A stretch of 64,000 bases of DNA, taken from positions 10,416,001 to 10,480,000 of the forward strand of contig CATNEN010000003.1 of assembly GCA_950097015.1 (NCBI GenBank). The letters are read 5' to 3'. The stretch is from Macrostomum hystrix (Eukaryota; Animalia; Platyhelminthes). The position numbers and the translations under genes are program-made. Shown here piece by piece: positions 59,430 to 64,000 of the stretch. The notes beneath the pieces were generated by a model that worked only from the letters and a program-made list of their open reading frames with translations, made no database searches and was not told the DNA's origin. Position 1 is the first letter of the stretch. Each line of letters opens with the position of its first letter.

Positions 59430-60790
59430 AGCACATTCGTGAAATTTCCAAACACATTCGTGAAATTCCAAACACATTCTAAATATCCTAAACACATTCT
59501 AGATATCCTAAACACATTCTAGATATCCTAAACACATTTTAGACATCGCGAACACATTCTAGATATCCTAAACATATTCTAGATATCCTAAACACATTCT
59601 AGATATCCTAAACACATTCTAGATATCCTAAACACATTCTAGATATCCTAAACATATTCTAGACATCCTAAACACATTCTAGACATCCTAAACACATTTT
59701 AGATATCCTAAACATATTATAGATATCCTAAACATATTCTAGATATCCTAAACACATTCTAGATATCCTAAACACATTCTAGATATCCTAAACATATTCT
59801 AGACACCCCGAACACATTCTAGATATTCCAAACACATTCTAAATATTCCAAACACATTCTAGATATCCTAAACACATTCTAGATATCCTAAACACACTCT
59901 AGATATCCTAAACATATTCTAGACATTCTAAACATATTCTAGATATCCTAAACACATTATAAATATCCTAAACACATTCTAGATATCCTAAACACATTCT
60001 AGATATCCTAAACACATTCTAGATATCCTAAACATATTCTAGATATCCTAAACATATTCTAGATATCCTAAACACATTCTAGATATCCTAAACACATTCT
60101 AGATATCCTAAACATATTCTAGACACCCCGAACACATTCTAGATATTCCAAACACATTCTAAATATTCCAAACACATTCTAGATATCCTAAACACATTCT
60201 AGATATCCTAAACACACTCTAGATATCCTAAACATATTCTAGACATTCTAAACATATTCTAGATTTCCTAAACACATTATAAATATCCTAAACACATTCT
60301 AAATATTCCAAACACATTCTAGACATCCTAAACACATTCTAGATATCCTAAACACACTCTAGATATCCTAAACATATTCTAGACATTCTAAACATATTCT
60401 AGATATCCTAAACACATTATAAATATCCTAAACACATTCTAGATATCCTAAACACATTCTAGATATCCTAAACACATTCTAGATATCCTAAACACACTCT
60501 AGATATCCTAAACACATTCTAAATATCCTAAACACATTCTAGATATCCTAAACACATTCTAGATATCCTAAACACATTCTAGATATCCTAAACACATTCT
60601 AGATATTCCAAACACATTCTAGATATCCTAAACACATTCTAGATATTCCAAACACATTCTAAATATTCCAAACACATTCTAAATATTCCAAACACATTCT
60701 AGATATCCTAAACACATTCTTAATACTCTTAACACATTCTAAACACCCCAAACATATTCTAGATATCCCAAAAGAGATTCTAAAAATCCG
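59430..60790. repeat. 20-bp intronic minisatellite AACACATTCTAGATATCCTA
   Basis: Tandem units; 320-bp block duplication (AGACACCCCG at 59801 and 60121). Confidence 0.96.
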
Positions 60791-60881
60791 TATCAACTAA
60801 AAGCGCATATACAAAAGCTAATATCTTGAAGCAAAAAACCAATTTGCACACAAATCACAATCCTTGCTTTCCCATTGTCAG

Positions 60882-61309
60882 TGTACTACCAGTGGGTTCC
60901 ATTCATCCTGGGCCTGCAGACAGTAATGTTCTACATGCCTAGGCTAGTGTGGCAGATGGTGATTACTTATAGATCTGGCACAGACCTGCAGCACCTGGTC
61001 AACAGCGCCGCCGAGGCAGCCAAATCAGACGGCGACAAACGCGAGAAAGTTGTTAAGCACATCGCTGCTAGCCTTGAGCACATGCTCTTCATGCATAGAG
61101 AATATCGAACTGGACGACTGCAGTCAATCAAGATGAGAATCTTCAGGGCTGCCAATCTACTGGTGGCTAGCAAGAGATTAGGCACGGGACTCACTATTGC
61201 CTACCTTATTGTTAAACTGCTCTACCTGGCTAATTCTATTGGTCAGATTTATATCATGCAGAAATTCCTGCGGCTGGGGACTAATTATAGCAGCTACTTT
61301 GGCCTACAG
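60882..61309 (+). CDS. inx: Innexin coding exon 2
   Basis: Acceptor TTGTCAG at 60881. The phase-1 join gives RLL-YYQWVPFILGLQ (innexin signature). TM3 YLIVKLLYLAN. Donor CAG|GTGAGT at 61310. Confidence 0.97.
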
Positions 61310-61349
61310 GTGAGTCATGACTAATTTTATTGGCATATCTCATGACCAA

Positions 61350-62951
61350 ATCCATATCCTACTCATACCCATATCCTACTAAAACCCATATCCTACTCAA
61401 ACCCATATCCTACTCAAACCCATATCCTACTCAAACCCATATTCTACTCAAACCCATATCCTACTCAAACCCATATCCTACTCATACCCATATCCTACTC
61501 ATACCCATATCCTACTAAAACCCATATCCTACTCAAACCCATATCCTACTCAAACCCATATCCTACTCAAGCCCATATCCTACTCAAACCCATATCCTAC
61601 TCAAACCCATATCCTACTCAAACCCATATCCTACTCATACCCATATCCTACTCATACCCATATCCTACTAAAACCCATATCCTACTCAAACCCATATCCT
61701 ACTCAAACCCATATCCTACTCAAACCCATATTCTACTCAAGCCCATATCCTACTCAAACCCATATCCTACTCAAACCCATATCCTACTCAAACCCATATC
61801 CTACTCAAACCCATATCCTACTCATACCCATATCCTACTCATACCCATATCCTACTCATACCCATATCCTACTCAAACCCATATCCTACTAAAACCCATA
61901 TCCTACTCAAACCCATATCCTACTCAAACCCATATCCTACTAAAACCCATATCCTACTCAAACCCATATCCTACTCAAACCCATATCCTACTCAAACCCA
62001 TATCCTACTCAAACCCATATCCTACTCAAACCCATATCCTACTCAAACCCATATCCTACTCATACCCATATCCTACTCAAGCCCATATCCTACTCAAACC
62101 CATATCCTACTCAAACCCTTATCCTACTCTAACCCATATCCTACTCAAACCCATTATCCTACTAAAACCCATATCCTACTCAAACCCATATCCTACTCAA
62201 ACCCTTATCCTACTCTAACCCATATCCTACTCAAACCCATATCCTACTCAAACCCATATCCTACTCAAACCCATATCCTACTCAAACCCATATCCTACTC
62301 ATACCCATATCCTACTCAAGCCCATATCCTACTCAAACCCATATCCTACTCAAACCCTTATCCTACTCTAACCCATATCCTACTCAAACCCATTATCCTA
62401 CTAAAACCCATATCCTACTCAAACCCATATCCTACTCAAGCCCATAACCCATATCCTACTCAAACCCATATCCTACTCAAACCCATATCCTACTCAAACC
62501 CATATCCTACTCAAACCCATATCCTACTCATACCCATATCCTACTCAAACCCATATCCTACTAAAACCCATATCCTACTCAAACCCATATCCTACTCAAA
62601 CCCATATCCTACTAAAACCCATATCCTACTCAAACCCATATCCTACTCAAACCCATATCCTACTCAAACCCATATCCTACTCAAACCCATATCCTACTCA
62701 AACCCATATCCTACTCAAACCCATATCCTACTCATACCCATATCCTACTCAAGCCCATATCCTACTCAAACCCATATCCTACTCAAACCCTTATCCTACT
62801 CTAACCCATATCCTACTCAAACCCATTATCCTACTAAAACCTATATCCTACTCAAACCCATATCCTACTCAAGCCCATAACCCATATCCTACTCAAACCC
62901 ATATCCTACTCAAACCCATATCTTACTCAAACCCATATCCTACTCAAACCC
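61350..62951. repeat. 17-bp intronic minisatellite CCCATATCCTACTCAAA
   Basis: Fills the intron to within ~8 nt of the exon. Confidence 0.97.
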
Positions 62952-62959
62952 AAACGCAG

Positions 62960-63356
62960 GTGTTGGCAGATATCGCCGCCGGTAGGGACTGGCAGTACAC
63001 TATGGTGTTTCCCAGAGTGGCCTTTTGTCGTACAAACGTTGCTATCCTAGGCGGCGCCCAGACCTACCTGAGTCAGTGCGCCCTACCAGTCAACATGCTG
63101 AACGAGAAGATCTACATTTTCTTGTGGTTCTGGTTTGTCATTGGCAGCACTGTCACAGCGGCTAGCCTGCCTGTGTGGCTCTGTCGGATTGTCAATCGCC
63201 GATCTCGAGCCAGATTTGTTCGGCGATTCCTTCGCCTGATGGACGACTATGACAGCGAGAAGCGTCTGGTTGAGAAGTTTGTAGTGGAATTTCTCAGGCA
63301 CGATGGCACCTTCCTGTTGAAGATGATGCAGCTTAACGCTGGGGACATTGTGACGG
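62960..63356 (+). CDS. inx: Innexin coding exon 3 (gene continues beyond the window)
   Basis: Acceptor ACGCAG|G at 62959. FPRVAFC..QCALPVNMLNEKIYIFLWFW..FLRHDGTFLL..NAG. Donor G|GTGAGT at 63357. Confidence 0.97.
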
Positions 63357-63371
63357 GTGAGTACGGCCTAT

Positions 63372-64000
63372 GAGAGAATGAGGAAGGGGACTCAAGAGAG
63401 AAATGGGGAAGGGGACTCAAGAGAGAAATGGGGAAGGGGACTCAAGAGAGAAATGGGGAAGGGGATTCAAGAGAGAATGGGGAAGGGGGTTCAAGAGAGA
63501 AATGGGGAAGGGGGTTCAAGAGAGAAATGGGGAAGGGGATTTAAGAGAGAAATGGAGAAGGGGATTCAAGAGATAAATGAGGAAGGGGATTCAAGAGAGA
63601 ATGGGGAAGGGGACTCAAGAGAGAAATGGGGAAGGGGACTCAAGAGATAAATGGGGAAAGGGATTCAAGAGAGAATGGGGAAGGGGGTTCAAGAGAGAAA
63701 TGAGGAAGGGGACTCAAGAGAGAAATGGGGAAGGGGATTCAAGAGAGAATGAGGAAGGGGACTCAATAGAGAAATGGGGAAGGGGATTCAAGAGAGAAAT
63801 GAGGAAGGGGATTCAAGAGAGAAATGGGGAAGGGGACTCAAGAGAGAAATGGGGAAGGGGACTCAAGAGAGAAATGGGGAAGGGGATTCAAGAGAGAATG
63901 GGGAAGGGGGTTCAAGAGAGAAATGAGGAAGGGGACTCAAGAGAGAAATGGGGAAGGGGATTCAAGAGAGAATGAGGAAGGGGACTCAATAGAGAAATGG
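63372..64000. repeat. 23/25-bp G-rich intronic minisatellite GGGGAAGGGGACTCAAGAGAGAAAT
   Basis: Tandem units to the end of the window. Confidence 0.95.

Overview
Eukaryotic, intron-containing animal DNA. The innexin N-terminus and the minisatellite-packed architecture suggest a flatworm (Macrostomum-like; inference). About half of the 64 kb (my tally is ~32 kb) is ~28 different minisatellite arrays with 14-41 bp units, and these generate nearly all of the long ORFs in the track. Well-supported genes: AMPK gamma subunit (+, 3 exons seen, 2701-5640), TMED3/7-like p24 protein (-, 2 exons, 9436-10710), an intronless aminergic octopamine/tyramine-like GPCR (+, 16773-18245) and an innexin (+, 3 coding exons from 58985, continuing past the window). 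Less certain: an orphan single-pass membrane ORF (23028-23405), a truncated PAGR1/PA1-like polyQ ORF (30360-30803) and a candidate minus-strand micro-exon transcript (~40055 to ~28830). Mobile DNA: a frameshifted Crypton-type tyrosine-recombinase gene followed by a 126-bp foldback and a second palindrome (not apparent from the ORF track), a hAT MITE with a perfect 8-bp TSD, two tRNA-derived SINE families (one copy with a 13-bp TSD), a hAT-Charlie end and the 3' end of a LINE. No CRISPR array, rRNA or intact tRNA is supported.
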